Of a stretch of DNA of 64,000 nucleotides, positions 10,940 to 21,685 are shown one piece after another (position 1 is the first letter of the stretch; each line of letters opens with the position of its first letter). Where the stretch lies: assembly GCA_963845145.1 (NCBI GenBank), contig CAWJQU010000005.1:1216001-1280000 (forward strand), read 5' to 3'. The position numbers and the translations under genes are program-made. The notes beneath the pieces are model-generated. The model saw nothing but the letters and a program-made list of their open reading frames with translations. It was not told where the DNA came from and did no database searches. The DNA comes from an uncultured delta proteobacterium. GTDB taxonomy: Bacteria > Desulfobacterota > Desulfobacteria > Desulfobacterales > QNYZ01.

Positions 10940-12274
10940 ATGAGATATCTGCCCCATACCCAGAAAGACATCGATCAGATGCTCCAGGTAGTGGGCGCGG
11001 CGGATCTGGACGCGCTTTTTGCCGGTATTCCCGACAAGTGTCGCCGGAAGGAAGCGATGAATCTGCCCGAGCCTTTGACGGAATGGGAACTCAACGGACA
11101 CATGGATAACCTGGCGGGTCAGATGGGTGCCTCACCGGCCTATAAGGTGTTCATGGGTGCCGGCTCCTACAACCATTACATTCCGGAAATCAGCCGCCAG
11201 CTGCTGCTGAGGGGCGAAATCTTTACCGCCTATACGCCCTATCAGCCGGAGATCAGTCAGGGAACCCTCCAGACCATTTATGAATATCAGACCCTGGTGA
11301 CGCGACTGCTGGGCATGGATGTGGCCAACGCCTCCATGTACGACGGCGCTTCAGGGTTGGCCGAAGCCCTGCTTATGACGATCCGGGTATCCCGCCGTAA
11401 GAAGGTGGCCGTGTCCCGGGCCGTTCATCCCGCGTATCGTAAAGTCGTAGAGACCTATTTTGCCCCAACCGAATATGAAGTGGTTGAGCTTCCCGTGGGT
11501 GCCGACGGCCGCACGGATCTTTCAGGGTTGACGGATTTGGGCGAACTGGCCGGCGTGGCTTTGCAGAGTCCAAACTTTTTTGGTTGTATCGAGGACTTAG
11601 ACACTGCCGGCAAGGCCATCCATGCCGATGCGAAGACCCTGTTCGTGGCGGCCTTCAGCGAGCCCCTGGCCTATGGTCTGCTCAAAAATCCGGGTGCTTG
11701 CGGGGCGGATATCGCCTGTGGCGAGGGCCAGAGTTTTGGTATCCCCCAGAGTTTCGGCGGGCCCGGCCTGGGCATGTTTGCCGCCAAGCAAAAGTATGTG
11801 CGCACCATGCCCGGCCGGCTGATCGGCAAAACGACCGACCGTGACGGCAAAACCGGTTTTGTTTTGACCCTGGCCACCCGCGAGCAGCACATTCGCCGTG
11901 AAAAAGCGACCTCCAACATCTGTTCCAACCAGGGATTGTGCGCCACGGCCGCCACAATGTACATGGCCGCTTTGGGCGGTACCGGTATTCGTGAGCTCTC
12001 CCGACTAAACCGCGACCGGGCAGAATATCTCAAGGCCAGGTTGGCCGAAGCCGGGTACCCGGGTGTTTTTAGTGCGCCGACCTTCAACGAATTCGTGGTT
12101 CGCTTTCCCGACGGGTTTATCGATACCTGGCAGGCGCTATTGGAAAAAAAGATAGTCGCTGGATTGCACCTGGCGCCTTACTACCCGGAATTATCCGATT
12201 GCTGGTTGATGTGCGTGACGGAGACACTATCCAAGGACGATATTGATGGGTTGATAAAGGAGGTCGCCAAATGA
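10940..12274 (+). CDS. gcvPA: Glycine dehydrogenase (decarboxylating) subunit 1
   Basis: MRYLPHT, YTPYQPEISQGTLQ, NASMYDG, REQHIRREKATSNIC. Confidence 0.96.
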   Translation: MRYLPHTQKDIDQMLQVVGAADLDALFAGIPDKCRRKEAMNLPEPLTEWELNGHMDNLAGQMGASPAYKVFMGAGSYNHYIPEISRQLLLRGEIFTAYTPYQPEISQGTLQTIYEYQTLVTRLLGMDVANASMYDGASGLAEALLMTIRVSRRKKVAVSRAVHPAYRKVVETYFAPTEYEVVELPVGADGRTDLSGLTDLGELAGVALQSPNFFGCIEDLDTAGKAIHADAKTLFVAAFSEPLAYGLLKNPGACGADIACGEGQSFGIPQSFGGPGLGMFAAKQKYVRTMPGRLIGKTTDRDGKTGFVLTLATREQHIRREKATSNICSNQGLCATAATMYMAALGGTGIRELSRLNRDRAEYLKARLAEAGYPGVFSAPTFNEFVVRFPDGFIDTWQALLEKKIVAGLHLAPYYPELSDCWLMCVTETLSKDDIDGLIKEVAK

Positions 12275-13725
12275 ACGACAAAATGGGAACCACCGGCCTG
12301 ATTTTTAACGAACCCCTTTTATGGGAAAAAGGCTCCTCCGGGCGCAAGGGTATGTCCGTGCCCCGCCGCGACGTGGCCGAAACCGCGCTGGATGCATCAC
12401 TGGTAGGCGAGGGGCCGGATTTTCCGGATCTCTCCGAATTGGACGTGGTGCGCCATTTTACCAAACTCTCCCAGTGGAACTTCGGGGTAGACAGCGGTAT
12501 GTACCCACTGGGGTCCTGTACCATGAAGTACAATCCCAAGACCAACGAGCGCCAAGCGTCCATTCCCGGTTTTGCCGGCGCTCACCCCTTACTGCCGGAA
12601 AGCCTGTCCCAGGGCGCCCTGGCACTGTTGTATGATCTACAATGCCACCTGGGTGAAATTACCGGATTGCCTGCCGTCTCATTACAACCGGCCGCCGGTT
12701 CCCAGGGTGAACTGACCGGTATGCTGATTTTTGCCGCCTATCACAAAGACAAAGGCAAGCCGCGTACCAAAGTGCTTATTCCCGACACGGCTCACGGAAC
12801 CAATCCGGCCAGTGCGGCACTGTGCGGCTTTAAACCCGTAGCGGTCAAATCCGGTCCGGACGGGGTTCTTTTACCCGAAGCGGTGGCCGAACTCATGGAC
12901 GAAGAAACCGCCGGCATCATGATTACCAACCCCAATACCCTGGGATTGTTTGAGGATAACATTCACCGGGTGGCCGATATCGTGCACCAAAAGGGCGGTC
13001 TGGTGTATGGTGATGGTGCCAACATGAATGCCGTTATGGGAATTGTTAATATCGGTTGCACGGGAGTGGATGTGCTTCATTTGAATCTGCACAAGACCTT
13101 TTCTACACCTCATGGCGGCGGCGGACCCGGTGCCGGTCCGGTGTGTGTCACCCCGGAATTGGAACCCTTTCTGCCCGTGCCCAGAATCGTCAAAGATGGT
13201 GATACCTACCGTCTGAAAGAAGACTGTCTGCGTTCCGTGGGTAAGGTGCATGCCTTTTTCGGCAACTTCGGGGTTCTAATTCGGGCCTACAGCTATATTC
13301 TGAGTGTGGGCAGACATCTCAAGGAAGTAAGCCAATACGCCGTACTTAACGCCAACTACATTAAAGAAAGCCTGAAAGAGCACTACCACTTGCCCTATGA
13401 TCGGGCTTGCATGCATGAGTGTGTTTTTACCGACAAGCACCAGCAGGTACATCACGTGGCCACCCTGGACATCGCCAAGCGACTTATGGATCATGGGTTT
13501 CATCCGCCGACCATCTACTTCCCCCTGGTAGTCAGCGGCGCCATCATGATCGAGCCCACTGAATCCGAGTCCAAAGAGACCCTGGACCAGTTCATCGACG
13601 CCATGAAGCAGATCGCCCAGGAGGCCGTAGATTGCCCGGACTGCTTACACGAGTCCCCCCAATTTCCCAAGGTACGGCGCTTGGACGAAACGGCGGCGGC
13701 AAGAAATCCCTGCCTAAAAGGGTAG
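12271..13725 (+). CDS. gcvPB: Glycine dehydrogenase (decarboxylating) subunit 2
   Basis: YPLGSCTMKYNP, HGTNPASA, HLNLHKTFSTPHGGGGPG (PLP lysine), MIEPTESE. Confidence 0.96.
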   Translation: MNDKMGTTGLIFNEPLLWEKGSSGRKGMSVPRRDVAETALDASLVGEGPDFPDLSELDVVRHFTKLSQWNFGVDSGMYPLGSCTMKYNPKTNERQASIPGFAGAHPLLPESLSQGALALLYDLQCHLGEITGLPAVSLQPAAGSQGELTGMLIFAAYHKDKGKPRTKVLIPDTAHGTNPASAALCGFKPVAVKSGPDGVLLPEAVAELMDEETAGIMITNPNTLGLFEDNIHRVADIVHQKGGLVYGDGANMNAVMGIVNIGCTGVDVLHLNLHKTFSTPHGGGGPGAGPVCVTPELEPFLPVPRIVKDGDTYRLKEDCLRSVGKVHAFFGNFGVLIRAYSYILSVGRHLKEVSQYAVLNANYIKESLKEHYHLPYDRACMHECVFTDKHQQVHHVATLDIAKRLMDHGFHPPTIYFPLVVSGAIMIEPTESESKETLDQFIDAMKQIAQEAVDCPDCLHESPQFPKVRRLDETAAARNPCLKG

Positions 13726-13745
13726 GGTAAGGATAACCAGAAAAT

Positions 13746-13777
13746 GGGGAGGCGGGAGGCCTCCCCTTTAATTTTTT
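13746..13777 (+). terminator. Probable intrinsic terminator after gcvPB
   Basis: GGGGAGGC-gggag-GCCTCCCC stem followed by TTTAATTTTTT. Confidence 0.75.
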
Positions 13778-13880
13778 GGGTTCATCCGATTAATGCGTGC
13801 TTTTTACATCTTCAAGAGACCTACCAATTCTTTTGATTGATAGGCCTAAGGATTCAAGGAGCCTTTTGAGCCAGAAGATT

Positions 13881-14036
13881 GATAGCACAAAATTGAATGA
13901 AAAGCTTTCAACAACCCATCCCGAAATGAATCGTTTTCATGCCTGATGTATCCTGACTTATACTTTAGTTGGCGAACCTGACAGTCAAGTCAGGACTTCG
14001 CTTGACAGTTTGTTATCATAGCCATTCAGAAGCCTG
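13881..14036. repeat. 156-bp direct repeat R1, copy a
   Basis: Ungapped match to 24725-24880 with 10 mismatches by manual alignment; internal inverted repeat CCTGACTT...AAGTCAGG. Confidence 0.9.
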
Positions 14037-14372
14037 GTTATCTAAGAAATCATCAGAGAAAACGTCGATTGTTTCCCTCTCATCTTTTGTTTGATTCCTT
14101 TTTTGAATGTTAAAATTCTGTATCTTATGCCTGTTTGCAAGCATAGCCGCAATCGAACAAAAATTAATTGTATTCACTATTACAATATGTTGTGGTGTTC
14201 GAAATCCAAGAATTCTTGAAATAATTATAGATATAGTTACAAAACCGTTCTCTGATAGGGGGCGTAGAGGATGATAATATCTTGAATTATCGGCTAAAGT
14301 CTATTTGGAGAGACTTGTTTTGTTGGTTTAACCTGGGGTGCAGCGTTTATTGATTAGTGTTGATCATCAATG

Positions 14373-14411
14373 TTAACAAAAAAATAATCATATATTAACA
14401 CAATCCTAACA
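14373..14411 (+). promoter_or_regulatory. Pho-box-like direct repeats upstream of phoU
   Basis: TTAACA at 14373, TTAACA at 14395, CTAACA at 14406, all in 11-bp register. Confidence 0.65.
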
Positions 14412-14486
14412 TTGCTTTTCTATTCAACTAAAATCACTTTCTCTTAAAAGGCTGATTTGAATATATAATGCATAAAAGGAGAGTAT

Positions 14487-15146
14487 ATGACCAGACATTT
14501 CCAGAAAGAGCTGATAAAAATAAAGAAAATGATCCTCTCGTTAGGTGCAATTGTGGAAGAACGAGTACAGATGGCCAAATCTGCTATAGACGATCGGGAT
14601 GCCGAGTTGGCCAGGCGAATCATCAAACAGGATATTGAAATCGACGAAATGGAGGTGGAGGTAGAAGAGGAGTGCCTCAAGGTTCTGGCCCTTCATCAGC
14701 CGGTAGCTGTGGATCTCCGATTTTTGATCGCTGTCATCAAAATCAATAATGACCTCGAACGCATTGGAGACCAGGCCGTCAATATTGCCGAACGCATGGT
14801 GTTCATCTCCAAGCAGGATCCCACCGATTCTGTTTTTGACTATACGACCATGGCTGAGAAAGCCCAGGTTATGCTAAAGATGAGCTTAGACGCACTGGTC
14901 AACCTGGATGTGGACCTGGCTTTGAAGGTCTGTATATTAGATGATGAAGTTGATGCCATCAAGGTAATTGCCTACAATAAAATTAAGGAAACCATGGCCA
15001 AAGATCCGGCCAATCTAGGGTATTATATCAACCTTCTCTTGATCTCCAGGCATCTAGAACGATTGGCAGATCACACAACCAACATCGCCGAAGAGGTGAT
15101 TTACATGATCGAAGGCGAGATCGTGCGACACGGTATCACCGGATAG
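14487..15146 (+). CDS. phoU: Phosphate signalling complex protein PhoU
   Basis: LALHQPVAVDLR, DLERIGDQAVNIAE, HLERLADHTTNIAEEVIY. Confidence 0.96.
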   Translation: MTRHFQKELIKIKKMILSLGAIVEERVQMAKSAIDDRDAELARRIIKQDIEIDEMEVEVEEECLKVLALHQPVAVDLRFLIAVIKINNDLERIGDQAVNIAERMVFISKQDPTDSVFDYTTMAEKAQVMLKMSLDALVNLDVDLALKVCILDDEVDAIKVIAYNKIKETMAKDPANLGYYINLLLISRHLERLADHTTNIAEEVIYMIEGEIVRHGITG

Positions 15147-15154
15147 GATTAAAT

Positions 15155-15847
15155 ATGTCTAAAGCAAAAATTCTGGTTGTAGATGATGAGGAAGACATTC
15201 TCGAACTCGTAAAATATAATCTCGAAAGAGAAGGCTTCCAAATCAGCTGCTCTGAATCAGGTGAAAAGGCCATGCGAAACATCCATCGGGACTTGCCGGA
15301 TCTGGTGATCCTGGATCTAATGCTGCCAGGAATCGACGGTTTGGAGGTTGCCCGCCGGTTGAAGCAGGATAAGAAGACAGCGGGAATTCCCATTATCATG
15401 TTGACAGCCAAAGGCGAAGAAGCTGATATCGTTACGGGACTCGAGCTGGGAGCCGACGACTACATGACAAAGCCCTTTAGCCCAAGAATCCTTATCGCCA
15501 GAGTCAAAGTGGTTTTACGAAGGAAGTCCAAGGAGGTTGAGGATCCGGACCATATTCTGCAAATTGGCGGACTCACCATTGACCCCCGCCGGCGTTCTGT
15601 CACAGTGGATAACCAGCCTGTAGATCTGACTTATAGCGAGTTTCAGATACTGCAATTTCTGGTAAGAAGACCTGGCTGGGTATTCACACGGTCGCAGATT
15701 GTGGACGCCGTGCGTGGCGATAACTACCCGGTTACCGATAGAAGCGTGGACGTACAGATTGCCGGTCTGCGAAAAAACCTGGGGCAATACAGCAACTATA
15801 TTGAAACCGTTCGGGGTGTTGGATATCGCTTCAAGGAAGACGTATGA
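15155..15847 (+). CDS. phoB: OmpR-family response regulator PhoB
   Basis: Receiver (VVDDE, LDLMLP, KPF) plus winged helix (RSVDVQI, IETVRGVGY); pho context. Confidence 0.9.
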   Translation: MSKAKILVVDDEEDILELVKYNLEREGFQISCSESGEKAMRNIHRDLPDLVILDLMLPGIDGLEVARRLKQDKKTAGIPIIMLTAKGEEADIVTGLELGADDYMTKPFSPRILIARVKVVLRRKSKEVEDPDHILQIGGLTIDPRRRSVTVDNQPVDLTYSEFQILQFLVRRPGWVFTRSQIVDAVRGDNYPVTDRSVDVQIAGLRKNLGQYSNYIETVRGVGYRFKEDV

Positions 15848-17637
15848 AAACGACGCGAAAACTGATCTGGCACATTTATCCGTGGTTTCTACTGATTTCG
15901 CTGCTACCGCTTTTCGCCATCATTTGGTACACTTCCGACACCGGCCGCGAACTTTTTATGAAAGGAACGCGGGCAGATCTGTTGAACCAAGCGCATATCA
16001 TGCAGAACAGTGTCACCCATTTCCTTCAGCAGGACCGTCCGGATGAAGTCGATCGCTTGTGTAAAGAGACCGGGGCGGTTTCCTCCACCCGGTTTACCGT
16101 CATTCTGCCGGACGGCAGGGTCATTGGTGATTCTCAAAAAAATCCGGTCAACATGGATTACCACGGTAATCGTCCTGAAATCTTGAAAGCGCTTAAGACT
16201 GGTACTGGGTCGTCCGAACGTTACTCGGCCACCCTGAACCACCAGATGATGTATGTGGCCCTGCGCTTGTCGAACCAGGAGGGGCAAAATCTCGGTGTTT
16301 TGAGGACGGCCATTCCGGTCACCGCCATCGACAGCGCACTGCATGCCATTGAGATCAAGACTGCTGTGGGAGGGCTCGTAATCGCCTTGCTGGCAGCTAT
16401 GATCAGTCTTTATGTCACGCGCAGAATCAGCAGACCCATAGAAGAAATGAAGTACGGAGCGGAGCTGTTTGCCGGGGGGGACCTCACCCACCGGCTGGCG
16501 GCACCCCCGTCAGCAGAACTGGCCGGACTTGCCGATGCCATGAATACCATGGCCTTGCAGCTCGAAGACCGCATTCAAACGGTTATCAGACAAAGCAACG
16601 AATACGAAGCCGTACTGTCGAGCATGGTCGAAGGCGTTATCGCCATTGATCGGGATGAGACTATTCTCAGCATAAACCAGGCCGCCCTTGATATGCTCAA
16701 AGTCAGATCATCGAAAGCCAGGGGTCGCACCATTCATGAAATTGTTCGTAATCGGCAATTCCTGGCGTTCGTTATTGATTCCCTGGCCGGTAAAACCCTT
16801 GAAGAAAAGGACGTTGAGATCCAGAGGCCTGAAAAACGCATCATCAATATCAGGAGCATGGCCCTGCGCAATGCCGCGAGTGAACATATAGGATCGCTTG
16901 TTGTTCTCAACGACGTCACCAAGATCCGGCACCTTGAAAACATCCGCAAAGATTTCGTGGCCAACGTTTCCCATGAGATCAAAACACCTCTGACAGCGAT
17001 CAAGGGATTTGTTGAAACCCTGCAGCATGGGATGGATAATGATCATAAGGATACCCAGAAATTCTTAGGGATCATCGATAAACACGTCAACCGGCTGAAT
17101 TCCATTGTCGAAGATCTGCTTGCCCTGGCAAGGATCGAACAGATCAATGAAAAAGCCACTGTGGCTCTGGAGAAAAGAAGGCTCAAGAGCCTTATCGAGA
17201 ATGCGGTAAACGTGATTCAACACAGGGCGGATGTGAAAAATATATCTTTAGAGGTCCAAATAAAGAAAGATCCTTACATTATGGTGGATTCCACTCTGTT
17301 TGAGCAGGCCCTGGTGAATCTGTTGGACAATGCCGTGGCCTACAGTCCGGAAAACGAAAAGGTCATCATTTCCGCGGAACAGGAGAAAAAAGAGTTTGTC
17401 ATCAACATAAGCGACCAGGGGATCGGCATTGCCCAGCAGCATCTGCCCAGGCTTTTTGAACGGTTTTACCGGGTGGACAAGGCCAGGAGCCGCAAACACG
17501 GCGGCACAGGCTTAGGACTCGCTATTGTTAAACACATTTCCCAGGCCCACGGTGGAACAGTCACCGTGGAAAGCCAACCCGGCCGAGGCAGTATCTTCAG
17601 CATCCGCATTCCCGCAGATCTTATTGAACAGGAATAG
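15844..17637 (+). CDS. phoR: Sensor histidine kinase PhoR (TM, HAMP, PAS, HisKA, HATPase)
   Basis: FVANVSHEIKTPLT, NLLDNA, FERFYRVDKARSR..GGTGLGL. Confidence 0.92.
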   Translation: MKTTRKLIWHIYPWFLLISLLPLFAIIWYTSDTGRELFMKGTRADLLNQAHIMQNSVTHFLQQDRPDEVDRLCKETGAVSSTRFTVILPDGRVIGDSQKNPVNMDYHGNRPEILKALKTGTGSSERYSATLNHQMMYVALRLSNQEGQNLGVLRTAIPVTAIDSALHAIEIKTAVGGLVIALLAAMISLYVTRRISRPIEEMKYGAELFAGGDLTHRLAAPPSAELAGLADAMNTMALQLEDRIQTVIRQSNEYEAVLSSMVEGVIAIDRDETILSINQAALDMLKVRSSKARGRTIHEIVRNRQFLAFVIDSLAGKTLEEKDVEIQRPEKRIINIRSMALRNAASEHIGSLVVLNDVTKIRHLENIRKDFVANVSHEIKTPLTAIKGFVETLQHGMDNDHKDTQKFLGIIDKHVNRLNSIVEDLLALARIEQINEKATVALEKRRLKSLIENAVNVIQHRADVKNISLEVQIKKDPYIMVDSTLFEQALVNLLDNAVAYSPENEKVIISAEQEKKEFVINISDQGIGIAQQHLPRLFERFYRVDKARSRKHGGTGLGLAIVKHISQAHGGTVTVESQPGRGSIFSIRIPADLIEQE

Positions 17638-17705
17638 GCCTCGAAGCTGCAAAATTCTGGGAGTTCCGGCGCTATCAAGAGGATAAATATAAATCTAGCT
17701 CAATC

Positions 17706-17722
17706 TTAACATTTCCCTAACA
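17706..17722 (+). promoter_or_regulatory. Pho-box-like direct repeat upstream of pstC
   Basis: TTAACA (17706) and CTAACA (17717), 11 bp apart; same pair as upstream of phoU. Confidence 0.65.
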
Positions 17723-17746
17723 ATCCCGCCTTATTATTCTCTCCAA

Positions 17747-19141
17747 ATGAATATTTCACCGACACTCATCATTGCCATGTTGCTGGTACTCTCCAGTGCA
17801 GCTTACATCCTGGGCCGCAAAAGGGCTGTACGGGTTGCTGGCGGTAAATCAGGCATTAAAAAACTGCATTCCCTGCCGACCCATTACGGAGCCCTTACAG
17901 CACTGTGGTGCGGTCTTCCGGCCCTTCTGATTTTCGGTAGCTGGCTGGCCTTCCAGGACACCCTCATAATGAGTTTGGTGGTGAACGACCTACCGGAACG
18001 AATCCGCACTCTTCCCCAGGACCGCCTCAACCTGGTAATCAATGATATCAAAAACCTTGTTTCCGGCAACATCATTTCCGGTGATGTGGATATGGCCATG
18101 ATCAAGGCCGCTGAACACTACCGTGATCTGTTGTCAACCAGCAGGGCTGCCCTGGGCGTGGTGGTTATAGTGGTGGCCATCGCTGGGATCCTGATGATAA
18201 TAAAGCTGATCAAGCCGGAAACACGAGCTCGCAACCAGGTGGAGCGGTTTATCAAGATTCTGCTGGTTGCCTGTTCCACCATCGCCATTTTCACCACCAT
18301 CGGCATCGTTCTGGCGGTCCTATATGAAGCCATCCGTTTTTTTAAAGCAATCCCCATCACTGAATTTTTGTTCGGGTTGGAGTGGCGCCCACAGATAGCC
18401 ATTCGTGAGGACCAGGTAGGCTCTTCCGGCGCCTTTGGTTCCATTCCGGTATTTGCCGGAACCCTGATGATTTCAGCCATTGCCATGTTTATTGCCGTAC
18501 CCATCGGTCTTATGGCGGCCATATACCTTTCCGAGTATGCCGGAAAAAAGGTGCGGGCCACGGTAAAGCCACTAATGGAGATACTGGCGGGTATTCCCAC
18601 CGTGGTTTATGGATTTTTTGCGGCCCTAACCATCGCGCCCTTTATCCGTAACTCGGGCTCATTGATCGGGCTGGATGTGTCATCGGAAAGCGCGCTGGCA
18701 GCCGGGTTAGTCATGGGCATAATGATCATTCCTTTCGTCTCTTCTCTGTCCGACGATGTGATCAATGCGGTCCCGCAAACCCTGCGGGACGGTGCTTACA
18801 GCCTTGGGGCAACCCAATCGGAAACCATCCGGCAGATAATTCTCCCTGCGGCTTTGCCGGGCATTGTGGGCAGCATCCTCCTGGCCGTATCCCGAGCCAT
18901 CGGCGAAACCATGATCGTGGTTATGGCGGCCGGTTTGTCGGCCAACCTGACGGCCAATCCCTTGAAGGCTGTCACAACCGTAACCGTGCAGATTGTGACC
19001 CTGCTGGTGGGCGACCAGGAATTTGACAGCCCCAAGACCCTGGCCGCATTTGCTCTGGGGTTGCTGTTGTTTATCATCACCCTGCTGTTAAATGTGGTTG
19101 CTTTGCAGGTGGTGCGCAAATACCGGGAACAGTATGAATAA
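17747..19141 (+). CDS. pstC: Phosphate ABC transporter permease PstC (long form with N-terminal extension)
   Basis: EILAGIPTVVYGFF, AVSRAIGETMIV, GDQEFDSPKTL. Confidence 0.95.
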   Translation: MNISPTLIIAMLLVLSSAAYILGRKRAVRVAGGKSGIKKLHSLPTHYGALTALWCGLPALLIFGSWLAFQDTLIMSLVVNDLPERIRTLPQDRLNLVINDIKNLVSGNIISGDVDMAMIKAAEHYRDLLSTSRAALGVVVIVVAIAGILMIIKLIKPETRARNQVERFIKILLVACSTIAIFTTIGIVLAVLYEAIRFFKAIPITEFLFGLEWRPQIAIREDQVGSSGAFGSIPVFAGTLMISAIAMFIAVPIGLMAAIYLSEYAGKKVRATVKPLMEILAGIPTVVYGFFAALTIAPFIRNSGSLIGLDVSSESALAAGLVMGIMIIPFVSSLSDDVINAVPQTLRDGAYSLGATQSETIRQIILPAALPGIVGSILLAVSRAIGETMIVVMAAGLSANLTANPLKAVTTVTVQIVTLLVGDQEFDSPKTLAAFALGLLLFIITLLLNVVALQVVRKYREQYE

Positions 19142-20438
19142 AGAAAGCAAAAACTGAACAGGGCCTTCAAAAGCCGGCTGTGCGTACCATGGACATCGTG
19201 AACCAGGGGTTGCAGAAACGCTATGCCTCTGAAAAACGGTTCAGGATGCTGGGGATGGCCGCCATCATGGCCAGCATGCTGTTTCTGGCGCTGCTTTTTA
19301 TCACCATCATCGGCAATGGCTATACGGCTTTTTGGCAGACTTTTGTAAAACTGGAAGTGTATTTCGACCCGGAAATACTGCCGCAGGACGCCCTGGAGAC
19401 GGCTGACTACCCCGGATTGGTAAAAAAGTCTCTGCGCAACCATGTTCGCGGATGCCAGAGGTCGCAGAGACAAACGCATGCTCTACAAGCTGGTCAGCAC
19501 AGGCGCTTCCTTCCAGCTGCGCGATATGGTGCTGAAGAATCCCGCACTTGTCGGCAAGCCGAGCCGAGTGTGGGTGCCGGCGGATGACGATGTGGACATG
19601 CTGGTCAAAGGATATTTTGACCGAAATCTGCCCGAGGGAGAGCGTCGCCTCAATGATAAACAACTGTCCTGGCTTGACCGCCTGACCCAAAAAGGCAGCA
19701 TTGAAAAGAAGTTCAACACAGACCTTTTTCACGGCAGGGGATTCAAGGGAGCCCGAGCTGGCCGGGATCAGGGGTGCTGTGGTGGGCTCTTTTTACACTC
19801 TGGTCATCACGTTGATTCTGTCCTTTCCCATCGGTGTGGCCGCAGCGGTTTATCTCGAAGAGTTTGCACCCCGCAATCGTTGGACCGACTTGATCGAAGT
19901 CAACATCAACAACCTGGCCGCGGTTCCCTCTATCGTGTTCGGCCTTCTGGGCCTGGCGATGTTCCTCAACTTTTTCGGGCTGCCCAGATCGGCCCCACTG
20001 GTCGGCGGCCTGGTACTGACTCTAATGACCCTTCCGACCATTATTATTGCCAGTCGTGCGGCGTTGTTATCGGTACCGCCCTCGATCCGCGAAGCCGCCC
20101 TTGGTGTGGGGGCGTCCAAGATGCAGGTGGTGGCTCACCATGTCCTGCCCCTGGCCCTACCCGGCATGCTGACCGGCACTATCATCGGCATGGCCCGTGC
20201 CCTGGGTGAGTCAGCACCCCTGCTCATGATTGGCATGGTGGCCTTTATCGTGGATGTACCCGGCGGTTTTACCGATCCTTCTACCGTACTGCCGGTACAG
20301 ATTTACCTCTGGGTGGACAGCCCGGAACGGGCCTTTGTAGAACGTACGTCTGCTGCAGTCATGATCCTATTAGGGTTCTTGATCGTCATGAATGCGACAG
20401 CCGTCATTTTGAGAAAAAAGTTTGAAAGACGATGGTAA
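19134..20438 (+). pseudogene. pstA: Phosphate ABC permease PstA, split by indels (about 19146, 19440, 19722); may be assembly error
   Basis: Three consecutive ORF pieces; last has NNLAAVPSIVFGLLG, ARALGESAPL, LRKKFERRW. Confidence 0.85.
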
Positions 20439-20486
20439 TCATTTTGAGTTATAACCAGAAAGCATTTACAAAGGAGAAAAAGAGAA

Positions 20487-21545
20487 ATGCAGAAAAAGAC
20501 AGTCACTATTGTTACCGTCCTGATTTTCGGGGCCATGGCCCTTTTTGCCGGCAATACTCTGGCTGCCGGCCGTGACTACATCAGCATTGTGGGTTCCTCC
20601 ACGGTGTATCCCTTTGCGACGGTGGTGGCCGAACAGTTCGGCAAGACCACCAGCTTTAAAACGCCTAAAATCGAATCCACCGGTTCCGGCGGCGGGTTGA
20701 AGCTGTTCTGTGCCGGCGTGGGTGTGGAGCATCCAGACATCACCAATGCTTCCCGGGCCATCAAGAAGTCCGAGTATGACAAGTGTGCCAGACTAACGGC
20801 GTTACTGGCATTATCGAAGTCAAGATCGGCTATGACGGCATCGTGCTGGCCAACTCCAAAAAGACTGCTCCGTTAAAGTTGACCCGCAAAGATATCTTTC
20901 TGGCCCTGGCCAAAGATGTGCCGGATCCCAAGGGCGGCGAGAAACTGGTTTCCAACCCCTACAAGACTTGGAAAGACGTCAATCCTTCCCTGCCGGCTAA
21001 AAAAATTGAGGTGCTGGGTCCGCCGCCCACCTCGGGCACCCGGGATGCATTCGTTGAACTGGCCATGGAGGGTGGTGCCAAGAAATTTGAGTGGATCATG
21101 GCCATGAAAAAGAAGGACAAAAAGAAATACAAAGATGTCTGCCACACCGTGCGAGAGGACGGGGCCTATGTCGAGGCCGGTGAGAATGACAACCTGATCG
21201 TGCAGAAACTGGATGCCAACCCGGATGCCATCGGTATTTTCGGTTTCAGCTTCCTGGACCAGAACACCGACAAGATTCAGGGCTCTTTTGTGGACGGTGT
21301 TCAGCCGACCTTCGAGGCGATTGCCGACGGCCAGTATCCGGTTTCACGTCCACTGTATTTTTATGTGAAAAAAGCCCACGTGGATGTCATTCCGGGAATG
21401 ACCGAATACCTGGATGAATTTACCAGCGAAAAAGCCTGGGGTGAGGAAGGATATCTGAGTGAAAAGGGCATGATTCCCATGCCTGATGCGGAACGCAAGG
21501 AATACCGCAGCAATGTAAAAAAACTGAAAACACTGCAAAAAGTAA
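20487..21545 (+). pseudogene. pstS: Phosphate-binding protein PstS, indels at about 20788 and 21540; may be assembly error
   Basis: VGSSTVYPF, ESTGSGGG, NASR, GYDGIV, SGTRDAF, YPVSRPLYFY. Removing one A at 21536-21541 gives LQK* at 21545, followed by a stem-loop (21565-21599). Confidence 0.85.
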
Positions 21546-21685
21546 TTCTATACCAGAGTGCAAAGTTCCGGGCCGGCTGTCACTTATCGGGCCCGGAACA
21601 AGCCAAGGACGGAATAGATCGCATGCAAACAGATACTGCTGAAAATAATGGTGGATGCACAAGCAATTGACCCAAGGGTCGGAAA

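Noticed and set aside
14180..14196. NrdR-box-like TTACAATATGTTGTGG (similar at about 26661)
   Set aside because: Single imperfect copies with no ribonucleotide reductase gene nearby.
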